A stretch of DNA of 64,000 nt from a virus. Lineage: Duplodnaviria; Caudoviricetes. Positions 21,518 to 30,488 of the stretch are shown here, in pieces. Location of the stretch: the IMG/VR virus record IMGVR_UViG_3300010885_069896, positions 21,983 to 85,982 of that record; one strand, written 5' to 3'. Within the stretch, counting starts at the first letter, position 1, and each line of letters starts with the position of its first letter. The notes under the pieces are model-generated. The model had not been told where the DNA came from. It saw nothing but the letters and a program-made list of their open reading frames with translations, and did no database searches. The position numbers and the translations under genes were made by a program.

Positions 21518-23319
21518 TGTCAATAACAGTTGGTTCTTCTTTACCGTCCTTGCCAGTTACTTCTATAGATTTACCAGAAATTAAAGAATTTAATTATGAT
21601 TTTGTGTATAATTTTTTCACTACAGATGAACTGACCAACGCCAATATAACAACATTGGCAAACCCAAATACAGTAGAGTTTTCTAAAAATGTTCCAAGAT
21701 ATGTTAAACTATCTTGGAGTAAGGTTATCGTGGAGTCAGCAGAAAAAGCAAGGACAGATTTCATCGGTATATCGATACAGAAAAATGCGGCAAAAGTCAT
21801 AGATGAAGAAGATTTTTATGTTAAGGCTTTTTCAAATTTTCAGCAACAAGAAACAAATTTCGTAACACAAACTCAATCTTATATGAGTAGGCTTTATGAG
21901 CAGCTTAACTATAATCGCAGAAATGCAAGTTTAAATGATGCATATAAAGCAATTCATGAATCAACACCAGAGCTTTTATCACAGGAATTTATTTCTAAAT
22001 ATCTAAATTATGCACAAAGCAATGCCACAAGAACATCACAAGAGTCAAGCAGTCCAATTGATGATATGCAGATGAAAAATATCGTTGTTCCAGTAACAAA
22101 AAAAATATACGGAACAATGTTGCATGAAAAACTATTGAACGACTCTTTAACTCCGTTGAATAAAAACATTATTGATGCAGTTGCTCAAAAATTTGAAGAC
22201 CAAGTATCGATTAGAGATTATGCAAATCGTTTCAATGGATCACAATATGATTTAACTCTAGAAACACCAGTGAGCACTAAGGTAGAAGATGTAAATACAA
22301 ATAATAATTTTGCCTATGAAACCACGGGCTATATTATTGATAGATATAGATTACAAAATAGCTCACTTGTTGAAAAGAAAACATTTTATATTGAAAATCC
22401 AGAAACAAATGAACTATTTGACACAGAAATACTTTATAACCAAAAGTATGTTTATAATATCAAAGTAGTGACTGCAATACAAACTTTGGCCTTTGACCCA
22501 GAACAAAAAATAAACTTTGTAGGAACATATCTTGTTGCGGGAAAAGTTATGCGAACAGTGGCCAATTGCATAGATGAAAATCCAGCGCAGCCACCTACTG
22601 ATTTCTTCATACAGTGGGATTATAGTTTAAAAAAACTAGTATTATCATGGAATTTTCCAAATGATATACGTAGGCATATAAAATATTTTCAGGTATTTAG
22701 GAGAAAAAATGTAGGGCCAGTTAGACCGGCACAGTTGCCTTTTGAACTTGTTAAAATGTATGATTTTAATGATTTACAGCAAGCATCCGGCGTAATTTAT
22801 AATATCGCAGGAAATGTTTTTAAATTTGTAAACGGAGAAGATGCAATCGATATGTCCGTTGTTACGAGAGTTAATGATTTAAAAAATCTTTCCGTGGTAA
22901 CTCCAACTTGTTTTATTGATGAGGAATTCAACAAGGAGGATTATTATATCTATGCCGTCGCAGCCGTAGACGCTCATGGCATTACTACAAATTACAGTAA
23001 TCAAATAGGTGTCAAATTCAATGTGCAGCGTAATACAATTGGAAGAGTAGATATATCAGAGCCAGGAGCACCAAAACCATACCCAAATCTTTATCTAAAT
23101 AAAGATACCTTTATTGATACAATAAAAAATGAGGGTTATAGCCAAGTAACTGTAGTGTTCAATCCAGAGTACTTTGATTTACAAAGACAAAGCGGTGAAG
23201 ATTTAAATGTGTTAAGGTATGGACCAGATAATTTCTACAGACTGCAATTAATAAACACAGATCTTCAACAAGATCAATTTATAGATATTAAGATAACAGA
23301 TGATAGAACAACGGTTTAG
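21517..23319 (+). CDS. Hypothetical protein with an FN3-like segment
   Basis: 600-aa ORF, TAATG-coupled; PPTDFFIQWD...LVLSWNFP...YFQVFRR...YIYAVAAVD..G...YS resembles FN3. Confidence 0.6.
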   Translation: MSITVGSSLPSLPVTSIDLPEIKEFNYDFVYNFFTTDELTNANITTLANPNTVEFSKNVPRYVKLSWSKVIVESAEKARTDFIGISIQKNAAKVIDEEDFYVKAFSNFQQQETNFVTQTQSYMSRLYEQLNYNRRNASLNDAYKAIHESTPELLSQEFISKYLNYAQSNATRTSQESSSPIDDMQMKNIVVPVTKKIYGTMLHEKLLNDSLTPLNKNIIDAVAQKFEDQVSIRDYANRFNGSQYDLTLETPVSTKVEDVNTNNNFAYETTGYIIDRYRLQNSSLVEKKTFYIENPETNELFDTEILYNQKYVYNIKVVTAIQTLAFDPEQKINFVGTYLVAGKVMRTVANCIDENPAQPPTDFFIQWDYSLKKLVLSWNFPNDIRRHIKYFQVFRRKNVGPVRPAQLPFELVKMYDFNDLQQASGVIYNIAGNVFKFVNGEDAIDMSVVTRVNDLKNLSVVTPTCFIDEEFNKEDYYIYAVAAVDAHGITTNYSNQIGVKFNVQRNTIGRVDISEPGAPKPYPNLYLNKDTFIDTIKNEGYSQVTVVFNPEYFDLQRQSGEDLNVLRYGPDNFYRLQLINTDLQQDQFIDIKITDDRTTV

Positions 23320-23324
23320 TGAAT

Positions 23325-23597
23325 TTAAATTTTCGTTACGATCACTGTTGCGATTGATCTTATAATAATTCCAAGAAATAAAACTAAAAACAAATTAGAA
23401 TCAGTGAATGTAATATTTTTATTTATCTTAGATAATGTTTTATCTTTGGAAATATTTAAATACATCATAGTTCCAAGTATTATTTCTGGTATTGCGTAGT
23501 GTAAATTAAAAATTAAATTATTTCTACAAAGTAGCCATTCTATTAGAAACAGAAAAATTAAAGGCCCCAGTATTTTGCAAGGGCAATCTTTTTTCAT
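23325..23597 (-). CDS. Small membrane protein
   Basis: 90 aa with about three hydrophobic segments; ATGA-coupled to the upstream minus-strand gene. Confidence 0.5.
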   Translation of the reverse strand: MKKDCPCKILGPLIFLFLIEWLLCRNNLIFNLHYAIPEIILGTMMYLNISKDKTLSKINKNITFTDSNLFLVLFLGIIIRSIATVIVTKI

Positions 23598-23947
23598 GTT
23601 ATTTGACCATGTATGATGTGCATGTGATTTTGGTGAATATAAGCAGTTTTTTGATAATATTCAAAGAAAACAGGAAAAAGCATCACAAGATCACTACCTC
23701 CAAAACCTTTTGTGGTTTCGGTCATTCGTTCAACATATGATCTCTGGACTTTTACCGGTTCTCCTACTATTTTAGCAGTAAGACCACCTTTTACACCGCC
23801 AACAGGTCTTGGGAAAACACAACCATTCATGTCAATTCGAACATTTCCAATATTATCTTTTTCAAGCTCAAACACAGGAATGTTATCCGATGCCACACCA
23901 TGAACAATGCTACCCATACCTACTTTAACTGAATCTCCTATTGACAT
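23594..23947 (-). CDS. Hypothetical protein (117 aa)
   Basis: Start moved from track 24046 to the ATG at 23947, which follows AAAGGTAATAAT and avoids overlap with groEL. Confidence 0.6.
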   Translation of the reverse strand: MSIGDSVKVGMGSIVHGVASDNIPVFELEKDNIGNVRIDMNGCVFPRPVGGVKGGLTAKIVGEPVKVQRSYVERMTETTKGFGGSDLVMLFPVFFEYYQKTAYIHQNHMHIIHGQIT

Positions 23948-23985
23948 ATTATTACCTTTGTTTCCTAGTATTATATATTTGTTAT

Positions 23986-26754
23986 TTATTGCTGGCCAGT
24001 AACAACAACTGCATTTGTGGTCAAGAGAAGACCAATCACAGAACATGCATGAGAAAGCGATACACGTTCCACCTTATGAGGGTCAATAATTCCACAATCA
24101 ATTAAGTCGCAATAAACATGTTTTCTCGCATCGTACCCTTGGCGAATTCGTTCATTGACCATTGTTTTAACTTTATTCTCAACAGCTTCTAATGGTCTAT
24201 TGGTTTTGCCTGCAATATCATTTAAAACACTTCTTGCTTTGTCATTTGCCATGTTTTTTAATTCATTCATAACAACATCAGCACTTCGACCTGTATTCTC
24301 TACAATAACACGAAGTGGCTGGCGGCATGCTTCAAAAATAACTTTTGCCCCAGCCAATTCATCTTCAAGAAGGTCGTCCGCATTGATCGCCATTTCTCTT
24401 TGCAGCCATTCTGAGGCATAGAAAAGAGCCGTGCCACCACCTGGGAGGATTCCCTCTTGAACAGCCGCTATCGTGGCGTTTAAAGCGTCTTCTACACGGT
24501 CTTTCTTTTCAAAGATTTCAACTTCTGTCGATCCACCAACTTTAATAACAGCAATACCACCAGCGAGCTTAGCAAGTCGCTTTTTTGTGTTATCACGTTT
24601 CAGTTCATCAATCGCCACATTCGTTGCTAATAGTGAACGCAGTTGCTCAATTCGCTCATCGATAAGTAATTTACGGGCACTGTCTTCGCCCACAAGTGTA
24701 GTTGTGCCCCTGGAGATAATGGCACGTTTACATTTACCAAGATCCTTTAGGGTTACACTTTTTAGATTTGTCCCAGAACTGGCATCAATTACACTACCGC
24801 CAGTAACCAAAGCAATATCTGATAAAATATCAATTCTATTATCACCATAACTTGGTGCCTTAACGGCACAAGAAAATAAAACACCTTTCATTTTATTTAC
24901 AAGCAATGTATGTAAAGCTTCGCCTTCAATTTCATCACCGATAATTAAAAGAGGTTTATTGGCATTGGCAACCTGTTCAAGTACTGGTAAAATATCTGCT
25001 AATGAGCTAAGCTTACGATTTGTTATAAGAATGTAGGGCTCTGTTAGTTCGCAAGTTAGTTTTTCTTGATTTGTAACAAAGTAAGGAGAAACAAAACCAG
25101 ATTCAAATTGCATGCCTTCAACAACGTCAAGCGTTGTTTTCACGCTTTTTGCTGGTTCAATTGTAATAATTCCATCTTGTCCGACTTTAGAAATGGCATC
25201 GGAAAGTAATATCCCTATAGAGCGATCTCCGTTGGCAGAAATAGTTCCGATATTAATGATATCATCATTATTTCTTACGGGTATTGCATTTTCTTTAATC
25301 CATCCTGTAACTTTTTCCGTCGCCCACTCCATTCCATGCTTGATGGAAATAGATGAGCGGCCAGTAGCAATCATCTTGACACCTTGCTGAAGCATTGAGT
25401 ATCCTAGAACGGTAGCCGTCGTGGTGTTGTGCGTTGGAACATAATCATTTGTAATATATAAGCAATCTTGATTACTGACCTTGATACACATCATTTCAGT
25501 TTGCTTATCAAGTTTTTTAATATCAGTAATACGCATTCCACACTTATTACCTTTTAGCTCGGTAATTCTGTAAATTGGTTTAGTACTATAAGATCCATCA
25601 TTATGTTTTCTTGCATAAGTTTGTATATTGACTGATTTGCCAAGACTTCGACATAACTCAACAAAATCTTGACACAGTTGTTTACTAACCGTGCTATATT
25701 CAAATAATCCACGACTGTTAATGCTACCATCTGTATCAATCAAGCCATTTAGTAGTTTTTCTCTGACTGCGGTCACTGAATACAAATATTGCTTTGGAAT
25801 AAATTTAGTGTGGCTTGTTTTTCCAAGGAGTCCAAGTTGTTCTAAATGATTTTTTATGATGGATTTTTGTCCATGAACTGGTTGTTTTGCACGATGACTA
25901 CCAGTAATTGAGGCTTTTATATAATGTTTTGTGGATGTATAATATCTTTTACGTAGCTTACAGCCATCTGGCAAAACTATATTATCAAGAATATAGTTTT
26001 CTTTGAGACCAACCGAAATATCAATTTCATGTTTTTGCGAGAGACTGCCATCTCCAAGAAGAACGCCAAGTAAGTACGGGTCTATTGTTAAATCACTTGA
26101 ATTTTCAAATTCAACTGGTGTTTTATTAATAAAAAATCTTCCTCTACCCCCAAGTTGAGCTACAGCGCCCGTTTCTAATAGCGCTTTTGTAGTCATCACC
26201 TTTTCAGTTCCATAATTTGTGTTAACACTCCACAAATGATCCTCACAACACTCTACTGTTCTTGAAATTGTGTTGCGATTGCCGTCAGATATAATAACTT
26301 GATATATATCTCTCATTCCCTTTGGAAAGATACCAAGAACTTTTTGTACAGTTCCATTGGTACCGCAAATTGAGTCACCTATTTTTAATGCACCTAATGT
26401 CGTCCATCCGTGCGGTGTTAATACTTTAGCGTATAGCGGCTGTGGCCCGTCACCTGCCAATTCATTTGTTTTACTTGCAATTTCTTTAATAAGTTCCGCC
26501 CCAATAGAAGGAAGCTTGTCTTTTAAATTAATACTTCTGGCAACCGTGACTCCATCTTTTGTGATTATTGGTGCAGTTACCCCGGTATCAATAATTACAT
26601 TATGCCCTGACGGACCCATCGTAGATTTTACGGCACGATAAAGAATTTCTGCTCCTTGCAGTAATTGAGTATGTGCCTCTTGGCCAAATGTTACTTCGTT
26701 CACTGATGGCTTTTGTTGCATTTCCGCTGCTACCATTTGTCCTGCTTTGCTCAT
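23986..26754 (-). CDS. groEL: Phage-encoded group I chaperonin (GroEL-like) with an intein; about 582 aa after splicing
   Basis: TMGPSGHNV, TKDGVTVA, AGDG|TTTATVL, EGMQFESGFVSPYF, KAPSYGD, ERIEQL, RLAKLAGGIAVIKVGG, GILPGGG and GIIDP motifs. Confidence 0.95.
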   Translation of the reverse strand: MSKAGQMVAAEMQQKPSVNEVTFGQEAHTQLLQGAEILYRAVKSTMGPSGHNVIIDTGVTAPIITKDGVTVARSINLKDKLPSIGAELIKEIASKTNELAGDGPQPLYAKVLTPHGWTTLGALKIGDSICGTNGTVQKVLGIFPKGMRDIYQVIISDGNRNTISRTVECCEDHLWSVNTNYGTEKVMTTKALLETGAVAQLGGRGRFFINKTPVEFENSSDLTIDPYLLGVLLGDGSLSQKHEIDISVGLKENYILDNIVLPDGCKLRKRYYTSTKHYIKASITGSHRAKQPVHGQKSIIKNHLEQLGLLGKTSHTKFIPKQYLYSVTAVREKLLNGLIDTDGSINSRGLFEYSTVSKQLCQDFVELCRSLGKSVNIQTYARKHNDGSYSTKPIYRITELKGNKCGMRITDIKKLDKQTEMMCIKVSNQDCLYITNDYVPTHNTTTATVLGYSMLQQGVKMIATGRSSISIKHGMEWATEKVTGWIKENAIPVRNNDDIINIGTISANGDRSIGILLSDAISKVGQDGIITIEPAKSVKTTLDVVEGMQFESGFVSPYFVTNQEKLTCELTEPYILITNRKLSSLADILPVLEQVANANKPLLIIGDEIEGEALHTLLVNKMKGVLFSCAVKAPSYGDNRIDILSDIALVTGGSVIDASSGTNLKSVTLKDLGKCKRAIISRGTTTLVGEDSARKLLIDERIEQLRSLLATNVAIDELKRDNTKKRLAKLAGGIAVIKVGGSTEVEIFEKKDRVEDALNATIAAVQEGILPGGGTALFYASEWLQREMAINADDLLEDELAGAKVIFEACRQPLRVIVENTGRSADVVMNELKNMANDKARSVLNDIAGKTNRPLEAVENKVKTMVNERIRQGYDARKHVYCDLIDCGIIDPHKVERVSLSHACSVIGLLLTTNAVVVTGQQ
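25426..26445 (-). mobile_element. 340-aa intein with a LAGLIDADG endonuclease, class-3 type (Pro1)
   Basis: Splits GDG|TTT; begins PQPLYAKVLTP; block B CCEDHLW, LAGLIDADG motifs YLLGVLLGDG and LNGLIDTDG, block F MMCIKV, ends VPTHN followed by Thr. Confidence 0.92.
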
Positions 26755-26761
26755 TGTTTTT

Positions 26762-27271
26762 TCATTCTTGTGGTAAGTTAACTGCTATTTTACGAACAGA
26801 GCCATCTGGCATCATGACTTCTCTTGTGTTGAGGTCTGGATCAGATAAGGCTGATCGAAAATTATTCATGGCATTATTTGCCGTTTGAGTACGTGGTTGA
26901 TTTCCTACTTCACTCAAAAAAACAGAAGGATCTAATTTTTCGCCAGTTTGATTTGTCGCTGCGGAGGATTTATCAACATTGCCATACCAAGAATTTACAC
27001 GTCCCATAGTATTTGCACATAAATCATCAACAAATGCCGTCAGCCTAGAAATAAGAACATTCCTTACTTCATCAATACTGCCATAAACTTCGCCATCCAC
27101 ACTGGAAAGATCAACAATTCTTTGTTTTTCTGGCGGTCCAATTGCAATCTTATATGAAACGCTCTCACCATCCAGAGAACGGTTAACTATTTCTTGTCTT
27201 ATGATGCCCGGTAAAACAGTTTGAGTTTTATTGCTAAGGACATATATTACTTGACCAATCGTATAACTCAT
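26762..27271 (-). CDS. Hypothetical protein
   Basis: 169-aa ORF immediately upstream of groEL in a tightly packed minus-strand operon. Confidence 0.65.
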   Translation of the reverse strand: MSYTIGQVIYVLSNKTQTVLPGIIRQEIVNRSLDGESVSYKIAIGPPEKQRIVDLSSVDGEVYGSIDEVRNVLISRLTAFVDDLCANTMGRVNSWYGNVDKSSAATNQTGEKLDPSVFLSEVGNQPRTQTANNAMNNFRSALSDPDLNTREVMMPDGSVRKIAVNLPQE

Positions 27272-27283
27272 TATTATATCCTA

Positions 27284-27694
27284 TCAGAACTTTGGAGTTC
27301 CTTGTAAAACCTTCATATAATCTTCAGTCAAAACAAGAATAACATCATTACTTGCCATTTTTCTTTCATAAGGCGTAAATTCTAGTTTGCTTAGTGAAGT
27401 TCTCAGCTTTTGTTCTGAGTCATATCCAGAATATAAATCAAAAAAATACAATATTTTCTCAAAAGCAGAAGTGTGCAGTGCCATTGGAACAATGCTATTA
27501 GTTGATTGTCTACGGCTCATCGCTTCATTGATATATTGGTCTGCATCGACAAGAATCATGTCTTGACGATCACCAGCATAAACTGCATATCGTTTTTGAC
27601 TAAGAATATCTCTTAGTTTTTTTTCTGATGCATGACCGCCAAAATTTCTACAGTTAAGAATTATTTGTTCTACAACGCTTGGATGAAATCTCAT
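27284..27694 (-). CDS. Hypothetical protein
   Basis: 136-aa ORF with a 4-nt overlap to its upstream neighbour. Confidence 0.6.
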   Translation of the reverse strand: MRFHPSVVEQIILNCRNFGGHASEKKLRDILSQKRYAVYAGDRQDMILVDADQYINEAMSRRQSTNSIVPMALHTSAFEKILYFFDLYSGYDSEQKLRTSLSKLEFTPYERKMASNDVILVLTEDYMKVLQGTPKF

Positions 27695-28185
27695 GAATTA
27701 ACCTCGTCAACTTTATTTTCTTCTTTAATCTCTTGCTCATACTGAGCTACTCGTTCTTCCTGAGTAGCTTTTACATGTGTTGCAATTTCATTTGCTTTTT
27801 CAACAACCCTATTGATTAAATCATTGCCATCTTTTCGTGCTTTAGCCAAAGGCTTTAGACCTAGACCAATGCGAATTTTGTCAATTGCTATCCCCATATC
27901 CAATTGAGGAAATTGTTCTTCTAAAACAGATTCAAGATGTTTGAAATCAATATACATGTGTGGATGTGGACCGTCCATGATCTCTTCTGGTTTACCAGAG
28001 TCTCCAACTTCATGCTCGCCTGTCTGTTTATATTCCATAAGGAATAGGCCGGTGGGCATATCTTTATCTTTTGGTATTACCATGTAAGGTATTGGAGATA
28101 CTTTTTCACCTGGGTAATTTGGAGCTTCGTAAAGAATCTCTGGTATAAAATTTAATTTTCTTGATTGTTGTTTTGATACACTCAT
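27691..28185 (-). CDS. Hypothetical protein
   Basis: 164-aa ORF with 4-nt overlaps on both sides. Confidence 0.65.
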   Translation of the reverse strand: MSVSKQQSRKLNFIPEILYEAPNYPGEKVSPIPYMVIPKDKDMPTGLFLMEYKQTGEHEVGDSGKPEEIMDGPHPHMYIDFKHLESVLEEQFPQLDMGIAIDKIRIGLGLKPLAKARKDGNDLINRVVEKANEIATHVKATQEERVAQYEQEIKEENKVDEVNS

Positions 28186-28487
28186 GATACACCTGTTTCT
28201 AAAACTTCTAGGAATAAATCAAAATAATGCTTATGTTGAACTTTTTTCTTGATATCAACCAATCTCAGAGCAAGTTTTAGTGTTTTTGTATCAAGCTTTT
28301 GTGAAAACTCTTCAACCAGTTCCTTTTTTTGTTCACGTAATACTTGCTCTTCATTTTCAAGAGTCCGCATACGTGAAACAAAATCTGAAACGATTGGCCG
28401 AAGATCGTTAAAATTTTCTGGCATTGAGTCTGGATCGTAATCTTGTGTTTTGCGTTTATTCATATGGCAATATTTTTCCGTAAACAT
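28182..28487 (-). CDS. GapR/DUF2312/T4 DsbA-like small DNA-binding protein (tentative)
   Basis: FVSRMRTLENEEQVLREQKKELVEEFSQKLDTKTLKLALRL follows the FIERIERLEEEK...D.K.....I.LR pattern of that family. Confidence 0.5.
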   Translation of the reverse strand: MFTEKYCHMNKRKTQDYDPDSMPENFNDLRPIVSDFVSRMRTLENEEQVLREQKKELVEEFSQKLDTKTLKLALRLVDIKKKVQHKHYFDLFLEVLETGVS

Positions 28488-28532
28488 TGTCTATATTAAT
28501 AGAAACAGCAGGGGTTTGTATAATTTTAAATT

Positions 28533-30134
28533 TTAGCGTCTTGCAACATTAGCTGCTGGTGCCGTGGGAGCAGCTAATGTATTTGTGACCGCAGCAGGAG
28601 CAGTAGGGGCAGCAACAGGTTGTGCAGCGATAGGAGTAGGATTAACAGCAGCGACAGCTTTAGGAGCAGCTGCTTTAATGGGTGGATTAACAGCTTGCAA
28701 AGACTGTAAGACAATTGCTTTACTTTTTTCTATTGCGTTTTTTGCCTTTGAAGGATCGACATTTTTATTCTTTTTGACAATGGCCGCAATAGAATCATCA
28801 ATAGCTTTAGAGATAGTTTCAGGTTTTTTCATATTGGCAAGTTTTGTTGGATCTACTGGATATTTTGTTGCAAGCTGATTTATCTCTTGAACATACTCCG
28901 GCCCCATCGTTGCTTGAAAAAATGTTGGCAAATAGCGGTCGATGAATTTTTGCTCATCAGATGCTACTTGCGTTTGAGCTATGACTTGTTTTAATATTTC
29001 TTTCATTTGTTCTGGGCCAACTATTTTTTCTATTTTTTTAATTTTTGGACCAGCGGGACTTGGATCTGGTTTATTTTTTTTCCAATTTCCAACAGATGTT
29101 ATTAATTCATTTGGTACTTCTGCTTTTGATTCTTTGCCAAAGATTTTTTGAATAAATCCTTCAATGATAATATCATCTTCGATATACCCAATACTCTCAG
29201 TTATTCCCATGTATTTTTTTATTTCTTCTTTTTCTTTTGCTGAAAGACCTGAAAAATATCTTTGTCGCTCTGTTGTGGATAGCGATTTTAATCTTCTTGC
29301 TGCTTTTTCCATGTCGGATTCGTCGGCATCCGTTGTGCCCGGTGCCCTAAACGGGCTTTGCTTCGCTCTTTCTTTATTTTGCGTTCTTTCATATTTTTTA
29401 TTTTGCATATAAGAACGGTAGGAGCCAGGATCGTTAATATTATTAAGCATCAAAAACTCAGACACGGATTCTAAAGCCGCATTTGCTTTCCCGGCACTGA
29501 TTATATTAAGCATTGTGGCAGCTGCCTCGGCTCCTTTTGCAGTAGTCGCAGCGGCAGTTACCATATTAAAAGGAGCTATAAAGAAACCAACACCCCAAAA
29601 GTCCTTTTTAAACATCTCCCAGCCAGCTTCAACTTGGGCCATATCTTTTTTATAATATTCTTCGATGCCTTTTAAAGTTTTACCCTCCCAGGCCCTCATT
29701 TTATCTGCAACGTAGTTAACCGCAGCAGGATCATTAAAGGGAATTATGGCGGCAACACTTCCGCCAACTAAAGTACCCAACAGTGAAATTCCCTGAGCGA
29801 CTAATTTAGCAGCTGTTGATTTAGTTGTTGCCCATGCTCCTCGTAAAGCGTCTAGGCCCATTACAGATCCGATAAATCCTCCTTGCTTTAAGGGTCCAGA
29901 ACCTGTACTATCGCCGCCACCGCCACCGCCACCGCCACCGCCACCGTAGCCACCACCAAAGCCGGATGTAGGGGCTGAAGGATAGTTGTCACTATAATCT
30001 CCACCATCATCCTGTTCATTCAGCAAAGTCAGCTCAGATATTACAGAATCTATTTCTTCTTCTATAACTGCTTCAAGGATCTCCATCCTTTTTTTCTGCA
30101 TTTGACGCTTGTAAATATTTTTCTTTGTTGCCAT
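28533..30134 (-). CDS. Hypothetical protein with a Gly tract and an Ala/Pro-rich tail, possibly an internal head protein
   Basis: 533 aa; N-terminal ILEAVIEEEI...LLNEQ, poly-Gly, internal ITES/IIEG motifs, AAPTAP-rich C-terminus. Confidence 0.65.
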   Translation of the reverse strand: MATKKNIYKRQMQKKRMEILEAVIEEEIDSVISELTLLNEQDDGGDYSDNYPSAPTSGFGGGYGGGGGGGGGGGDSTGSGPLKQGGFIGSVMGLDALRGAWATTKSTAAKLVAQGISLLGTLVGGSVAAIIPFNDPAAVNYVADKMRAWEGKTLKGIEEYYKKDMAQVEAGWEMFKKDFWGVGFFIAPFNMVTAAATTAKGAEAAATMLNIISAGKANAALESVSEFLMLNNINDPGSYRSYMQNKKYERTQNKERAKQSPFRAPGTTDADESDMEKAARRLKSLSTTERQRYFSGLSAKEKEEIKKYMGITESIGYIEDDIIIEGFIQKIFGKESKAEVPNELITSVGNWKKNKPDPSPAGPKIKKIEKIVGPEQMKEILKQVIAQTQVASDEQKFIDRYLPTFFQATMGPEYVQEINQLATKYPVDPTKLANMKKPETISKAIDDSIAAIVKKNKNVDPSKAKNAIEKSKAIVLQSLQAVNPPIKAAAPKAVAAVNPTPIAAQPVAAPTAPAAVTNTLAAPTAPAANVARR

Positions 30135-30429
30135 TTAAAGCCCATCCCTTTGGTCTATGGACCCACGTTGGGTCATGCAACCTAGCGGGGTCAATGAATA
30201 AGTCTATACCTGTAAGTAGCTTCCAGTAGCTTATAACTTCCCTGTCGAAATCATTGATAAGCATTTTCTTTGTGTTTCTATGTCTTATGGAGAATCCAAT
30301 ATTTGTTCTCAGATGCCCAGGCATCGATCTGACTATTTCTTTTTTTACCAAAAACCAATCCGTGCATGATCCCTGCACATAAGATGCGACATATTCTATT
30401 TTTTCTTTTAATATACCATGTATTGGCAT
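30073..30429 (-). CDS. Hypothetical protein
   Basis: 118-aa ORF, first gene of the minus-strand island; overlaps the next gene by about 60 nt. Confidence 0.5.
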   Translation of the reverse strand: MPIHGILKEKIEYVASYVQGSCTDWFLVKKEIVRSMPGHLRTNIGFSIRHRNTKKMLINDFDREVISYWKLLTGIDLFIDPARLHDPTWVHRPKGWALNGNKEKYLQASNAEKKDGDP

Positions 30430-30488
30430 TGCTTTATTAATTTTAAAATATCTTAATATAACTAAGTGTATAGAAAATAGTCAATTAC

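Noticed and set aside
23948-24046. Longer start for ORF 23594..24046
   Set aside because: It overlaps the groEL 3' end; ATG 23947 has an RBS-like AAAGGT.
24155-25390. Plus-strand ORFs opposite groEL
   Set aside because: Antisense shadows of a conserved gene, with no motifs or RBS.
29915-29960. CCGCCA-rich repeat
   Set aside because: It simply encodes the poly-Gly tract of the minus-strand 533-aa protein.
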